A DNA stretch of 64,000 bases from IMG/VR virus record IMGVR_UViG_3300047491_001293, positions 20,312 through 84,311 of that record. One strand, given 5' to 3'. Position numbers and translations under genes: made by a program. The first letter of the stretch is position 1; each line of letters begins with the position of its first letter. A model generated the notes under the pieces. The model did no database searches and had not been told where the DNA came from. It worked only from the letters and a program-made list of their open reading frames with translations. The stretch is from a virus. Positions 1 to 9,454 of this stretch are shown here, in pieces.

Positions 1-66
1 TTTTCTTTGCTCATTTTTACCTTCGATTGTTTTAATTTGCAGCATTTTCATTGAGTAGATTTATTC

Positions 67-879
67 TCAAATATCCAGATTGACGCCATTTAACAAAGCT
101 TCTTCCCTTACCATTTTCAACCATGTCTTGGAATGAATGTGATCATCATATGTTCTCTGCCTGGACATGGTCATATGGCTGATCATCTTTTTGCCCTTAA
201 ATGAATAAAACTCAAATTGTGGATCTTTTGTTCTCATGCTGTCCAACAAAACAGTCCTATATCCATGTTTTGCCATCTCCCGTGGTATCCTGTATCCAGT
301 TTCCATGTAAACTTTAGATCCAACTGGCTTGTTCCAAATTGAGTTGTTTTCATCTGTTACATCAATCCACTTTCCACCCATTTTTTCAGGATCTGTGGTT
401 CTGTCATAGGATGCGCCTATTTCTAAGAATTTTTGCTTAGAAAAAACACAAGCCATGCTGCTTGGATAGCCCCTCCACAAATCATCAATGACTGGTTCTG
501 AGCCACAGGCAATTGTATCACCATTTATCTGGGCTGACATTGTTTGTGCCCAACCTTGGCACAGAAAAGCAACATCAAGGTCAAAAACCCCAGTTATTTC
601 TGATTCGGCCGCCATCCACAGCGCATCCAGCATCGCTCCATGCCTTAGGCTAGTGTATCTGTATGTTTTGTAATTTATATCTGTCGGCAAATTTAAACTT
701 TCAATGATTCTGTATTTTCCAGAAAATGGCTTTAAAGTTTCCATGACTGCGTCAGTGTCAGTCAATGGGTCTAAGATGAATACCCATTTTATTTTTGGCT
801 CAGTAATCGCCGATGAGTGCAATAAAAGTTTCAGATAACCTTCGCTGCCGGGTCCTATTGGCGCTCCAAATTCAAACAT
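67..879 (-). CDS. GT-A-like glycosyltransferase
   Basis: 270 aa; HGAMLD followed by DLD (DxD-like); GAGG SD and TATATA box upstream. Confidence 0.55.
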   Translation of the reverse strand: MFEFGAPIGPGSEGYLKLLLHSSAITEPKIKWVFILDPLTDTDAVMETLKPFSGKYRIIESLNLPTDINYKTYRYTSLRHGAMLDALWMAAESEITGVFDLDVAFLCQGWAQTMSAQINGDTIACGSEPVIDDLWRGYPSSMACVFSKQKFLEIGASYDRTTDPEKMGGKWIDVTDENNSIWNKPVGSKVYMETGYRIPREMAKHGYRTVLLDSMRTKDPQFEFYSFKGKKMISHMTMSRQRTYDDHIHSKTWLKMVREEALLNGVNLDI

Positions 880-978
880 GTTTACCTCAATTTATATATG
901 TTTTTTGAAACAATTTAACATGAGGCAAATTTCAGCAAATTCAAAGACTCACTGGCGTAAATTTTAAAAGAAAAAACT

Positions 979-1012
979 AAAAAAAGGCGACTAAGTTCAT
1001 AACTTAGTCGCC
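979..1012 (-). terminator. Rho-independent terminator of the DUF6745 operon
   Basis: Perfect 12-bp stem GGCGACTAAGTT-cat-AACTTAGTCGCC (986-1012); A-run 979-985 gives the U-tract on the minus strand. Confidence 0.85.
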
Positions 1013-1035
1013 AAAAATTCAAAGTTTTGTGAACA

Positions 1036-1338
1036 TCAATCATCAAGTGTGTGGAAAACCCAGTTTGGCTGGTACACCAACTCCACGGCATTAAGTGATA
1101 TTATCACCGATGAGCCAATTGGATCCTCGCTGTTTGGCCTCTCGCTGGAGCTTGCCCCGGATGACTCAACAGCCCGTGCTTGGGCAAGGACGACGCAATC
1201 GTCACAAACCTTGCTCAGTATGCCACGGTAGTTGAACCGAGCGCACAGTATTGCCACAGGTTGCCCTATGTAATCCTGCATGATCAACGCCATGTTTGCC
1301 CCCGTGGAGTTCTCCGGGGACACTCTCTTCTTCTTCAT
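1036..1338 (-). CDS. Small Sm/LSm-like beta-barrel protein
   Basis: 100 aa from MKKKRV (AAGGA SD); YIGQPVAILCARFNYRGIL...VIISLNAVELV resembles the Sm fold. Confidence 0.55.
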   Translation of the reverse strand: MKKKRVSPENSTGANMALIMQDYIGQPVAILCARFNYRGILSKVCDDCVVLAQARAVESSGASSSERPNSEDPIGSSVIISLNAVELVYQPNWVFHTLDD

Positions 1339-1351
1339 GCTTCTTTCCTTT

Positions 1352-1672
1352 CTAATCCGCCACTCGGCGTTCCCTGTCGGCAGCAAGAGGGTCATACTCC
1401 CTCTGCCTGCTGACACATACCCATTCACCCTGTGGCAACACAATCTGGTCATGCTCGTCATGGCCGATGGTGATGCTTGATTTCATTGAGCGGACATAGA
1501 TGTCACCTCTCTCGTCAATCACGCTTTCCATCTCCGATATCGATGGCGACATGATTTTGTGGGAGTGCCCCGTGACCTCGCCATGGGCAAGGATGTTTGT
1601 CTCATGCTTTTTGTGGTTGCGTGGTGGCGACTTCACCGTCTTGAAAAAGATGTCTCCTTGTCTTGCCTGCAT
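1352..1672 (-). CDS. Conserved His-motif protein, usual partner of DUF6745
   Basis: RQGDIFF, LAHGEVTGHSH, HDEH..IVLPQG, RQREYDP motifs; AGGAGG SD. Confidence 0.75.
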   Translation of the reverse strand: MQARQGDIFFKTVKSPPRNHKKHETNILAHGEVTGHSHKIMSPSISEMESVIDERGDIYVRSMKSSITIGHDEHDQIVLPQGEWVCVSRQREYDPLAADRERRVAD

Positions 1673-1684
1673 AAAAACCTCCTT

Positions 1685-2272
1685 TTAGGTTTCCTGGGTT
1701 GGGTTGTAATCGCTCGCATTAAGTCCGAAAGTCCAAGCCACGGCTTGCTTGCACTTTTTCATGTTTGGCGGCACGCATAGGTAGTAGTTCTTGAAGCTGC
1801 CATCTGGTTCCATGGTGCTGTTCACCACCTTGAGATAACTTACGGGCTCGGATAGGCCGCCATCAAACTGGAATAGGACCATGCCCTTGGATTCATCACT
1901 ATCTATGATTCTGGTCCTCTTATCCGCCATGACCTTCTCAAGGCCAATGATGCGCATGCCAACATAGCGAACCTCGGCATTGGGGTGTGAAAGGACATCA
2001 TCTATGGTAAGGGTCTCTGGCTTTGTGCAGTAGTGCGGTGGAACCCTTATGTTCTCATAGTAGTAGGTTATGGAGCCATGCTTGTCGGCATCAATTCCAT
2101 GCCTCCGCCCATTGATGTAGTGCGCTATCCTCGTGGGCGAAATGTAAGCAGGCCCATCATCACGGTGCAGCCTTCCATCCTCGTTCTTGAATGTTTGCAT
2201 CTGGCCAAACGGGAACTCCTTGCTGAAGTAATCCAGACGACTCCGCCAAGCTTCAAACCCCGAGTTCTTCAT
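1685..2272 (-). CDS. DUF6745-domain protein
   Basis: GRLHRDDGPA, NAEVR, VVNSTMEPDG..YYLCVPP, AVAWTFGL; GGAGG SD. Confidence 0.75.
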   Translation of the reverse strand: MKNSGFEAWRSRLDYFSKEFPFGQMQTFKNEDGRLHRDDGPAYISPTRIAHYINGRRHGIDADKHGSITYYYENIRVPPHYCTKPETLTIDDVLSHPNAEVRYVGMRIIGLEKVMADKRTRIIDSDESKGMVLFQFDGGLSEPVSYLKVVNSTMEPDGSFKNYYLCVPPNMKKCKQAVAWTFGLNASDYNPTQET

Positions 2273-2288
2273 TTACGCCTCCAAAAGA

Positions 2289-2316
2289 AGTATACCACCA
2301 ATGGCGTAGATGTAAA
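2289..2316 (-). promoter_or_regulatory. T4-early/sigma70-type promoter
   Basis: Minus strand (G)TTTACA-N16-TATACT with TG extended -10, just upstream of the DUF6745 SD. Confidence 0.65.
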
Positions 2317-2317
2317 C

Positions 2318-2560
2318 CTATTTTTTTGATCCTGCGATGGCGGACTGCAACTGGAATATCATCTCTTCGGATATTGCATTTTTTCGGCTGCTCTCGTGCA
2401 GATCCTTTTCGAGCGTGAACTTGTCCGAGTAAACCCTGACAAGTTCATCTTCAAGCTTGATGGCCTTCATGTGGTTTCCTAAGGCCACAAGGGACATGCC
2501 AAGAGTGATAGACAGTGAAGCAAGGGCAACATAAATCCTGTAATCAAAAAATCTTTGCAT
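2318..2560 (-). CDS. Small membrane-anchored coiled-coil protein
   Basis: 80 aa from MQRFF (GAGG SD); N-terminal hydrophobic helix. Confidence 0.6.
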   Translation of the reverse strand: MQRFFDYRIYVALASLSITLGMSLVALGNHMKAIKLEDELVRVYSDKFTLEKDLHESSRKNAISEEMIFQLQSAIAGSKK

Positions 2561-2627
2561 GTCAACCTCTTTGAAAAAGGGCATAATAGAAAAATTGATT
2601 AATGGTGTCAATTGCAAATGAAAAAAC

Positions 2628-3485
2628 CTACAACAATGTTTTTCTTGAAAGTCTTTTTTTATACAAATCCTCAAGCTTGCCAATGGCCTCAATGTTGTTG
2701 ATCTTCTTTGACTGCAACTCCCTAAAGACATGCTGCGATGCTGGGATGCCAAATATTCTGGTCGCCGTCTCCACATCAAAAAAGCCACTCTCAAGGTGGC
2801 CAAGTATTCTTTGTGGTGTGTCGCAGAGACCATATATGAAACTTGATGGGGCATGTTTAACATTGAGGCACTTGCAATGGTGCTCCATCAGCCATTCACT
2901 TATCCACTTTACATTGTGGACCAACAGGTAGTAGTCCATGAGGTCATAGCACGAGCAAAGCTTGTCCATAGTGGCGGAGTCTGACATGAAGCAGTTGTCG
3001 GTCATCATGGCGTGGAAGCAATTTTTCGGGAAGCAAACATCGCCTGGGCTCATCTTGGCGGGTGAAATTTCAAGTATTCTTGCGTCAGGTCTGCTCCTGA
3101 TGACGAGATCGTAAGTCATGAAGTTTTTGTACTCATGCTCCCTCTTGAGGTCGTTTGCCGCACGCATCATGAAGTAGTAGTTGTAGTTGTCGGCGCCACT
3201 TCTGCCCTTGTGGAATCCTGCATCGTAAGGTCTTCTCTGGCGCATGTTGTCGTACTTCATGACATGTGCGCTGTAAACAACATCATAGCAGTAGACCATG
3301 TGCGACTTTGGGTTGAGAACTTCCAGAGCTTCATTTATCCGTGCTGCAGACTTTGAGCCAACATCCTCGTTGTCCCATGTCGCAAGAAAGCAGTCAGCCT
3401 GTACGGTCTCAAAAAATCTCTTGTGGAATGGGGCCATTCTTTGCAACTCACGCAGGTGACCAGACATGCAGATAGCCACTTTCAT
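2628..3485 (-). CDS. Glycosyltransferase-like phage protein
   Basis: MKVAICMSGHLR...YDLVIRSRPD, a family common in phage glycosylation islands; ATGA overlap with upstream gene. Confidence 0.6.
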   Translation of the reverse strand: MKVAICMSGHLRELQRMAPFHKRFFETVQADCFLATWDNEDVGSKSAARINEALEVLNPKSHMVYCYDVVYSAHVMKYDNMRQRRPYDAGFHKGRSGADNYNYYFMMRAANDLKREHEYKNFMTYDLVIRSRPDARILEISPAKMSPGDVCFPKNCFHAMMTDNCFMSDSATMDKLCSCYDLMDYYLLVHNVKWISEWLMEHHCKCLNVKHAPSSFIYGLCDTPQRILGHLESGFFDVETATRIFGIPASQHVFRELQSKKINNIEAIGKLEDLYKKRLSRKTLL

Positions 3486-4090
3486 CTTTTGAACCTCTTC
3501 TTGACGATTACCTGTCCATGTGAGATCCTCAGATGGTCAATGCTTGATACCCCCTGGTTGGGAACCCTGTCGTTCCTGCCAGCCTCATCAACCAGATCCT
3601 TGACGAACCCAACCATCCCAGAGTAATGGCCTTTGGAAAATTGTTTTCCATCTATCCAGTTCGGCCAATAACCAGTGCCCCAGTCCTCAATTATGTAGAG
3701 ACCGCCTGGGCTGGTGAAATTGAAAAGAAAGTTGTATGAAAACCTTGCCACTTCACCAATGTGAGCCGCATCATCTATGATGATGTCGAATTGCTTGTGA
3801 TCATCTACGATTCTGCTGAGCACTTTGATGTCAGATTGGTCTCCGTGATAGAAAGCAGACCTATCCTCAAAGCCTTTTAAATTGGCGATGTTTAGGTTGT
3901 CAAGTCCAACAACAAATGCGTTTGGGAAATATGAAAGCCACATTTTCATGGATGCACCGTCATAGACACCGATCTCAAGAATTCTTACACTCTTCTCCCT
4001 GAGAGGCTCAAACAAGTCGGCATACACATCAATATACGACGCTATTTTGCCGTAACCATAGACTCTTGCTATGTCATGAAGTTTCTGCAT
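3482..4090 (-). CDS. Class I SAM-dependent (sugar O-)methyltransferase
   Basis: ILEIGVYDGAS, GDQSD, DIIIDDAAH, GGLYIIED. Confidence 0.85.
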   Translation of the reverse strand: MQKLHDIARVYGYGKIASYIDVYADLFEPLREKSVRILEIGVYDGASMKMWLSYFPNAFVVGLDNLNIANLKGFEDRSAFYHGDQSDIKVLSRIVDDHKQFDIIIDDAAHIGEVARFSYNFLFNFTSPGGLYIIEDWGTGYWPNWIDGKQFSKGHYSGMVGFVKDLVDEAGRNDRVPNQGVSSIDHLRISHGQVIVKKRFKR

Positions 4091-4297
4091 GAAATATCTA
4101 CATTGCCATGTTTATTTTTCATGTTGGATGATTACTTAACCACAAAAATTTCAAAGTAAAACAGCTATGTATAATCGTAAAAATAACACCAAAACATGAG
4201 GCGTTAGAGCGGTCAGACGACCTTGGGAGCATATATACATCAAGAATTGAATACAAGTGAAATGAAAGATGGGCATCCTTGATCGCAGGAGGCGAAA

Positions 4298-4903
4298 ATG
4301 GCTCTCAGATACTTTCTTTTCGATTTGGATGGCGTTCTCATAAACGCATGCGACTGGCATTATGAGTGCCTCAACATGGCCATGGAGCAGGTCGTCGGAT
4401 TCTCCATAAGCAGACAAGACCATGAAACAAAGTTCAATGGGCTTCCATCACAAACCAAGCTGAAAATGCTTGGTGTCATGCCACACCACCGAGAGATGAT
4501 ATGCGCCGAGAAAAGGCGGTTCATCCAGAAGAAGATAGACATGTACAAACAAGACCAATCAAAGATTGATCTTTTGAGCCACCTTTCTGGCATTGGCAAG
4601 GTGGCATGCGTGACAAACTCAATAAGAAGCAGTACAATAGCCATGCTTCGTGCGGTGGGTGTTGTGTCCAGCATGTCTCTGCTTGTGACAAACGAGGATG
4701 TCAAAAACCACAAGCCAAGCCCAGAGCCATACAACATGGCAATGGAAATGCTTGGTGCAAACCCAGAGGAGACCCTTATCGTTGAGGACTCTCCATTTGG
4801 GTTGCAAGCTGCGGTGTGCAGCCGTGCATCGGTGATCTGGAAGGTCAAAGATGCAAGTGAGGTAAACTTGAATGGATTCAAATCAAGGTTTGGAGGCCTA
4901 TGA
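4298..4903 (+). CDS. HAD-family phosphatase
   Basis: FDLDGVL motif I, VTNS, KPSPEPY, IVEDS; AGGAGG SD. Confidence 0.9.
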   Translation: MALRYFLFDLDGVLINACDWHYECLNMAMEQVVGFSISRQDHETKFNGLPSQTKLKMLGVMPHHREMICAEKRRFIQKKIDMYKQDQSKIDLLSHLSGIGKVACVTNSIRSSTIAMLRAVGVVSSMSLLVTNEDVKNHKPSPEPYNMAMEMLGANPEETLIVEDSPFGLQAAVCSRASVIWKVKDASEVNLNGFKSRFGGL

Positions 4904-5628
4904 AACTTGTAATACCAATGGCTGGCGATGGGACCAGGTTCTCCCAATGTGGTTACGATCTGCCAAAGCCTCTGATAGATGCGTGCGGCAAACCAATCAT
5001 ATCCCATGTTATTGGCAATTTCAACTCATTGGCAATAGACGAGGTGGTGTTCATATGTCGCCAAGAGCATGAGGACAAGTATGGCATCTCTTCAAGGCTT
5101 GAGGTTCTATGCGGCAGGCGCAAGTCAAGATTTGTTTTCGTGAACAAGCTCACTGAGGGGGCTGCCTGCTCCCTGCTGTTAGCCAAGGATTACATCGACA
5201 TTGATGATTCGATCATAATCGCAAACTCAGACCAGTATGTGTCATGGGACATCAACAAGTTCCTGTCCTCATGCCAGGGTCTGGATGGGTGCATCCTCAC
5301 ATTTAGGTCAAGTGACCCAAAATGGAGCTATGCAAAATTGGGCAGCAACGGCCTGGTCAAGTGTGTTGCTGAGAAGGTCGCCATAAGCGACATGGCAACC
5401 GTTGGAATATACCACTGGGCTAGGGGCTGTGAGTTCGTCTCATGCGCCGAGCAGATGATAAGGAAGAACATAAGGACAAGGAATGAGTTCTATCTGTGCC
5501 CAGTGTACAATGAGGCGGTTGAGGCTGGTCTTTCGATAGGGATACACGAGATAGACAGCCATGACATGTGGGGGCTGGGAACTCCAGAGGATCTGGAAAA
5601 ATTCAAGTCAGGCTTCTGTGGGTCATGA
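4900..5628 (+). CDS. Sugar-phosphate nucleotidyltransferase (dTDP-glucose pyrophosphorylase-like)
   Basis: IPMAGDGTRF..PKPLI, ANSDQ, AEK, GLGTPEDL; ATGA overlap. Confidence 0.88.
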   Translation: MKLVIPMAGDGTRFSQCGYDLPKPLIDACGKPIISHVIGNFNSLAIDEVVFICRQEHEDKYGISSRLEVLCGRRKSRFVFVNKLTEGAACSLLLAKDYIDIDDSIIIANSDQYVSWDINKFLSSCQGLDGCILTFRSSDPKWSYAKLGSNGLVKCVAEKVAISDMATVGIYHWARGCEFVSCAEQMIRKNIRTRNEFYLCPVYNEAVEAGLSIGIHEIDSHDMWGLGTPEDLEKFKSGFCGS

Positions 5629-6454
5629 GGGTAACAATATATGTCATCACCTATAGGAATGACAGGATCCTGAATGAGTGGTTTCTTGCGTCCCTAGCAA
5701 AATCAAGCTACCCAAGGGAAAAGGTATGTTTGCAGATCCAGAACAACTTTTCCGACAAAGTCAGCATTGATGACGCACACAGGACGCTCATCAACTACAT
5801 CCACCACAACACCATGAGGCTGGATAGGTCTACAGGCCACTTGGCCAGAGACTGGAACCATGGTATCATGAATGGAATGGTCGATCTGGACAGGCCAAAA
5901 TCTGATGTGGTGATGCTTCTCCAGAATGACAATAGGCTTGAGCCAGACTGGTATGAGAGGGTTTGCAAGGCCATGTCAGAAAACACATTCGCCTCCTACG
6001 GCGCAGGCGACCAGTGCATGCTTGTCCGCCCAGCTTGCGTCAAGAGGGTTGGCATGTTTGACGAGAGATTCTGTGACATATACCTTCAAGAGGGTGATTA
6101 CTTCTTGCGGTGCATATGGCGCATACCAATGCACGCATATCGATCAATGACGACTACCATGGTAGGGTTCACAGGCCATCGCCTGACTTCTGCCCAGTGG
6201 TGCGAACCTTGACTGGATCGCAGAGGCGTGGGGGTTACCACATGGCATCTGTTGGCAACCACCAAGTATCGGTCGGCTTTTGGAGAAAGAAATGGCCATT
6301 CCATGACAGGGGTTGGAGATCAACCTGGAACCTTGCCAAGTCGGTGGCGCACAGTGGAGCCCCATTTGTACTCATGTACATGATGTACCCATACTTTGAA
6401 AGGGCGATTGATCGTAGCGTCTATGAGAAATGGTCGCCCTTCAAGCTGCAATAG
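5625..6454 (+). pseudogene. Frameshifted GT-A glycosyltransferase paralog (copy 1)
   Basis: ORFs 5625-6212 and 6110-6454 together align with the intact paralog 6465-7289; 2 extra nt near 6138-6140. Confidence 0.8.
6048..6138. repeat. 91-bp exact direct repeat, second copy at 6888-6978
   Basis: GTTGGCATGTTTGACGAGAG...CCAATGCACGCAT identical in two otherwise divergent paralogs. Confidence 0.95.
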
Positions 6455-6464
6455 GTAACTAACC

Positions 6465-7289
6465 ATGAACATCACGGTCTATGTCGTAACATACAAAAAC
6501 GACATAATCTTGAATGAATGGCTACTTGCATCACTAGCAGAATCAAGATACCCAAAGGGCAAGGTGCGCCTACACATACAGAACAACTTTTCTGGCATGG
6601 TTGCAATTGACGAGCCATATAGATCACTCATAGATCACATCCACCACAACACCGTCAGGCTCGATCGCTCTCTAGGGCATCTGGCCAGGGACTGGAACCA
6701 TGGAATCATGCATGGGTTTGTCGATCTGAAAAATCCAAGGTCAGACATGGTTATGCTTTTACAGAATGACACCAAGCTGACAAGTGACTGGTATGAAAAG
6801 GTGTGCGGTGTCATGCGTGGCAACTATTTCGCATCATACGGGGCTGGTGACCAGTGCGTTCTAATCAGGCCAGAATGCATAAAGAAAGTTGGCATGTTTG
6901 ACGAGAGATTCTGTGACATATACCTTCAAGAGGGTGATTACTTCTTGCGGTGCATATGGCGCATACCAATGCACGCATCTATAAATGATGATCACCATGT
7001 CAGGACGCATAGGCCAATGCCAGATTCATGCCCAGTAGTCAAAACGGAAACTGGCTTGCAGAGGCGTGAGGAGTACCACACATACTCACCAGAGAAAAAA
7101 ATATCAGCTGAATTTTGGAACAAGAAATGGCCTTTTTATGACAGGCCATGGGGGTCAAGCTGGGAATTGGCAAAGTCTGTGTCTCAGAGCGGTTCGCCAC
7201 TCGTCCCCATGCACATCATGTACCCATACTTTGAGAGGGACATTGACAAAAATGTTTATGAAAATTGGTCTTCTTTCAAACTACAATAA
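6465..7289 (+). CDS. GT-A (GT2-like) glycosyltransferase paralog (copy 2)
   Basis: VTYKND, GHLARDWNHG, LLQND, VGMFDERF..EGDYFLR. Confidence 0.8.
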   Translation: MNITVYVVTYKNDIILNEWLLASLAESRYPKGKVRLHIQNNFSGMVAIDEPYRSLIDHIHHNTVRLDRSLGHLARDWNHGIMHGFVDLKNPRSDMVMLLQNDTKLTSDWYEKVCGVMRGNYFASYGAGDQCVLIRPECIKKVGMFDERFCDIYLQEGDYFLRCIWRIPMHASINDDHHVRTHRPMPDSCPVVKTETGLQRREEYHTYSPEKKISAEFWNKKWPFYDRPWGSSWELAKSVSQSGSPLVPMHIMYPYFERDIDKNVYENWSSFKLQ

Positions 7290-7300
7290 GTAATTAAATC

Positions 7301-8122
7301 ATGAAAATTACAATTTATGTTATAACTTATAAAAATGACAAAATTTTAAATGAATGGCTCCTTGCATCTTTGGCAAATTCAAACTATCCAAAAGATAAAA
7401 TTTGTTTACATATACAGAATAATTTTTCTGATAAAGTTGTTATTGATAAAGAATTTGAAACTTATGTAAATTACATTCACCATAATACAATAAGATTAAG
7501 TAGATCATTTGGTCATTTATCAAGAGATTGGAATCATGGAATCATGAATGGTTTTGTTGATTTAAACAAACCAAGATCTGACATGGTGATGCTTTTGCAA
7601 AATGATACAAAATTAACAAGTGATTGGTATGAAAAAACATGTGATGTTATGCAAGATAATTATTTTGTATCTTTTGGAGCTGGCGATCAGTGCATGATTA
7701 TTCGTCCAGAGTGTGTTAAAAAAGTTGGAATGTTTGAAGAAAGATTTTGTAGTCTCTCATGGCAAGAATATGATTATTTTTTGCGTTGTATTTTAAGAAT
7801 ACCAATGAAAACATCGATAAATGATGAATATCATCAAAGATTGCATAGACCATTAAATTATCTTTGCCCAATTAAAAAAACAGAAACTGGTATGGAGAGA
7901 AAAGAAAATTATTTTTTGGCTGGGACACATTACGAATCTGAAAATTTTTTAAAGAAAAAATGGCCTTGTCGAGATATGTGGGGCGAATCATCATGGCTTC
8001 TTGCAAAAAAAATTTCTCAAAGCGGGGCGCCACTCGTCCCCATGTACATCATGTATCCATACTTTGAGAAAGACATTGATCAAAGCGTCTACAAGCAATG
8101 GTCACTATTCAGGTTGGCCTAA
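7301..8122 (+). CDS. GT-A (GT2-like) glycosyltransferase paralog (copy 3)
   Basis: Same motifs as copy 2; visibly AT-richer codon usage. Confidence 0.8.
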   Translation: MKITIYVITYKNDKILNEWLLASLANSNYPKDKICLHIQNNFSDKVVIDKEFETYVNYIHHNTIRLSRSFGHLSRDWNHGIMNGFVDLNKPRSDMVMLLQNDTKLTSDWYEKTCDVMQDNYFVSFGAGDQCMIIRPECVKKVGMFEERFCSLSWQEYDYFLRCILRIPMKTSINDEYHQRLHRPLNYLCPIKKTETGMERKENYFLAGTHYESENFLKKKWPCRDMWGESSWLLAKKISQSGAPLVPMYIMYPYFEKDIDQSVYKQWSLFRLA

Positions 8123-8535
8123 AGATCCTGCCAATCACCATAGTATAGGACATCACCCTTGAACTCATAGAACCGACCAATCCTAAGGTTTTTCTCCCTG
8201 CTTCCATAGTAAACTATGATGTACGGCTCATCTGTCAGTAAAAGGTCACGCCCATCGGCGACAATGATGTACTCCAGCAGCGATCCATCCTCAAGTCCCT
8301 GGTATTTGGACTCAAAGCTCTCATCGAGCAGTTCCTTGGTGCTGATGTTCATGGGGGCCTGCCACATTAGCCCATCGTGCATCCTGACAAAACACATGGG
8401 CACAAGGGTTTTGTTCTTGGCTAGGTAATTGCAAGCTTGATTCTGTATATTGACCAAGTCCTCCAGAAGTGTCTCTGGGTATGGAAGGTCGCCCTTGCCA
8501 TTGCCATCCTTCCTTCCCTCAATTCTCCGTCCCAT
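8119..8535 (-). CDS. Hypothetical protein
   Basis: 138 aa, tightly packed behind the upstream gene, SD-like AAGGAAG. Confidence 0.6.
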   Translation of the reverse strand: MGRRIEGRKDGNGKGDLPYPETLLEDLVNIQNQACNYLAKNKTLVPMCFVRMHDGLMWQAPMNISTKELLDESFESKYQGLEDGSLLEYIIVADGRDLLLTDEPYIIVYYGSREKNLRIGRFYEFKGDVLYYGDWQDL

Positions 8536-8536
8536 C

Positions 8537-8851
8537 TTAATCTTCCTTGCGAGATATTTTGGGGAAGCTTTTTCCGAGGGCTTGCCACGCCAAGCTCTTC
8601 AAATAATGGACATTCTCCGACTTCTGCTGGAACTCATCTGGGTCAGATTTGGGAAGATTCTTCTGCGCAAATGAGATTGGATCTGCAATTTGCTCCAAGG
8701 CTGTGCGCAGCCTGGCTATCTCTGCGTACATGGCCTTGATGTCCTGCTCAAGATATTTGACCCTTTGGGACACATCACCATAAATGGTCACTTGCCCCCT
8801 CAGTTCCATGTAATAATCATCAAAAAACTCACTGACTGATTTTTCAAGCAT
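8537..8851 (-). CDS. Hypothetical coiled-coil protein
   Basis: 104 aa from MLEKS (GGAGG SD); TG-n-TACAAT -10 upstream. Confidence 0.6.
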   Translation of the reverse strand: MLEKSVSEFFDDYYMELRGQVTIYGDVSQRVKYLEQDIKAMYAEIARLRTALEQIADPISFAQKNLPKSDPDEFQQKSENVHYLKSLAWQALGKSFPKISRKED

Positions 8852-8933
8852 GATCAACCTCCAAATCAAGATTGTAACAAATTTGTGGAAATAGGCAAAC
8901 AATTGGTTGCTATATACATTACTGAGGTGAAAC

Positions 8934-9452
8934 ATGGGTGGGATTAGATTCAAGGGTTTTCTGCTACATCAAGAAGTCAAGGCCATTCTTGAGAATGTCT
9001 GGGCAAGCATTCATGACCAGCCGGCTCCAAGCCCGAAGATCCCATTGCAGACACAGATCAAAAATCTACAAGACTTCATTAAGAAGAGGGAAGAAAACCA
9101 GAATCTTCTGAGGCTGCAAATAAAGAGACTGGAGAGATATTCAAGTGAATTTCCTTCGGATAAGCAGTCATCTGATTTGCAGATTGCAGACGCCAACAGA
9201 ACCATAGGTGAATTATACAGCCAAATAACCAAGGCCAAAAAGGAACTTGAGAAGATAAGTTCTGGAGCCGCAACCCCACAACAAAGCGGTGACTGGACGG
9301 CATATGACGACAAAAAGGCAAAAGGCATATTTGGTGACATATCAAGAAATCTTAAGACTGGCGCCTTTGGAAGGACTGAAACTGGCGAGTACATAACCAA
9401 AGCCGACCCTCGTTGGGCAAATTACAACATTGTAAGAGGCAACAAAAGATAG
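8934..9452 (+). CDS. Hypothetical late protein with coiled coil
   Basis: TATATA box 8911-8916, GAGG SD; N-terminal RFKGFLLHQE motif. Confidence 0.65.
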   Translation: MGGIRFKGFLLHQEVKAILENVWASIHDQPAPSPKIPLQTQIKNLQDFIKKREENQNLLRLQIKRLERYSSEFPSDKQSSDLQIADANRTIGELYSQITKAKKELEKISSGAATPQQSGDWTAYDDKKAKGIFGDISRNLKTGAFGRTETGEYITKADPRWANYNIVRGNKR

Positions 9453-9454
9453 GA

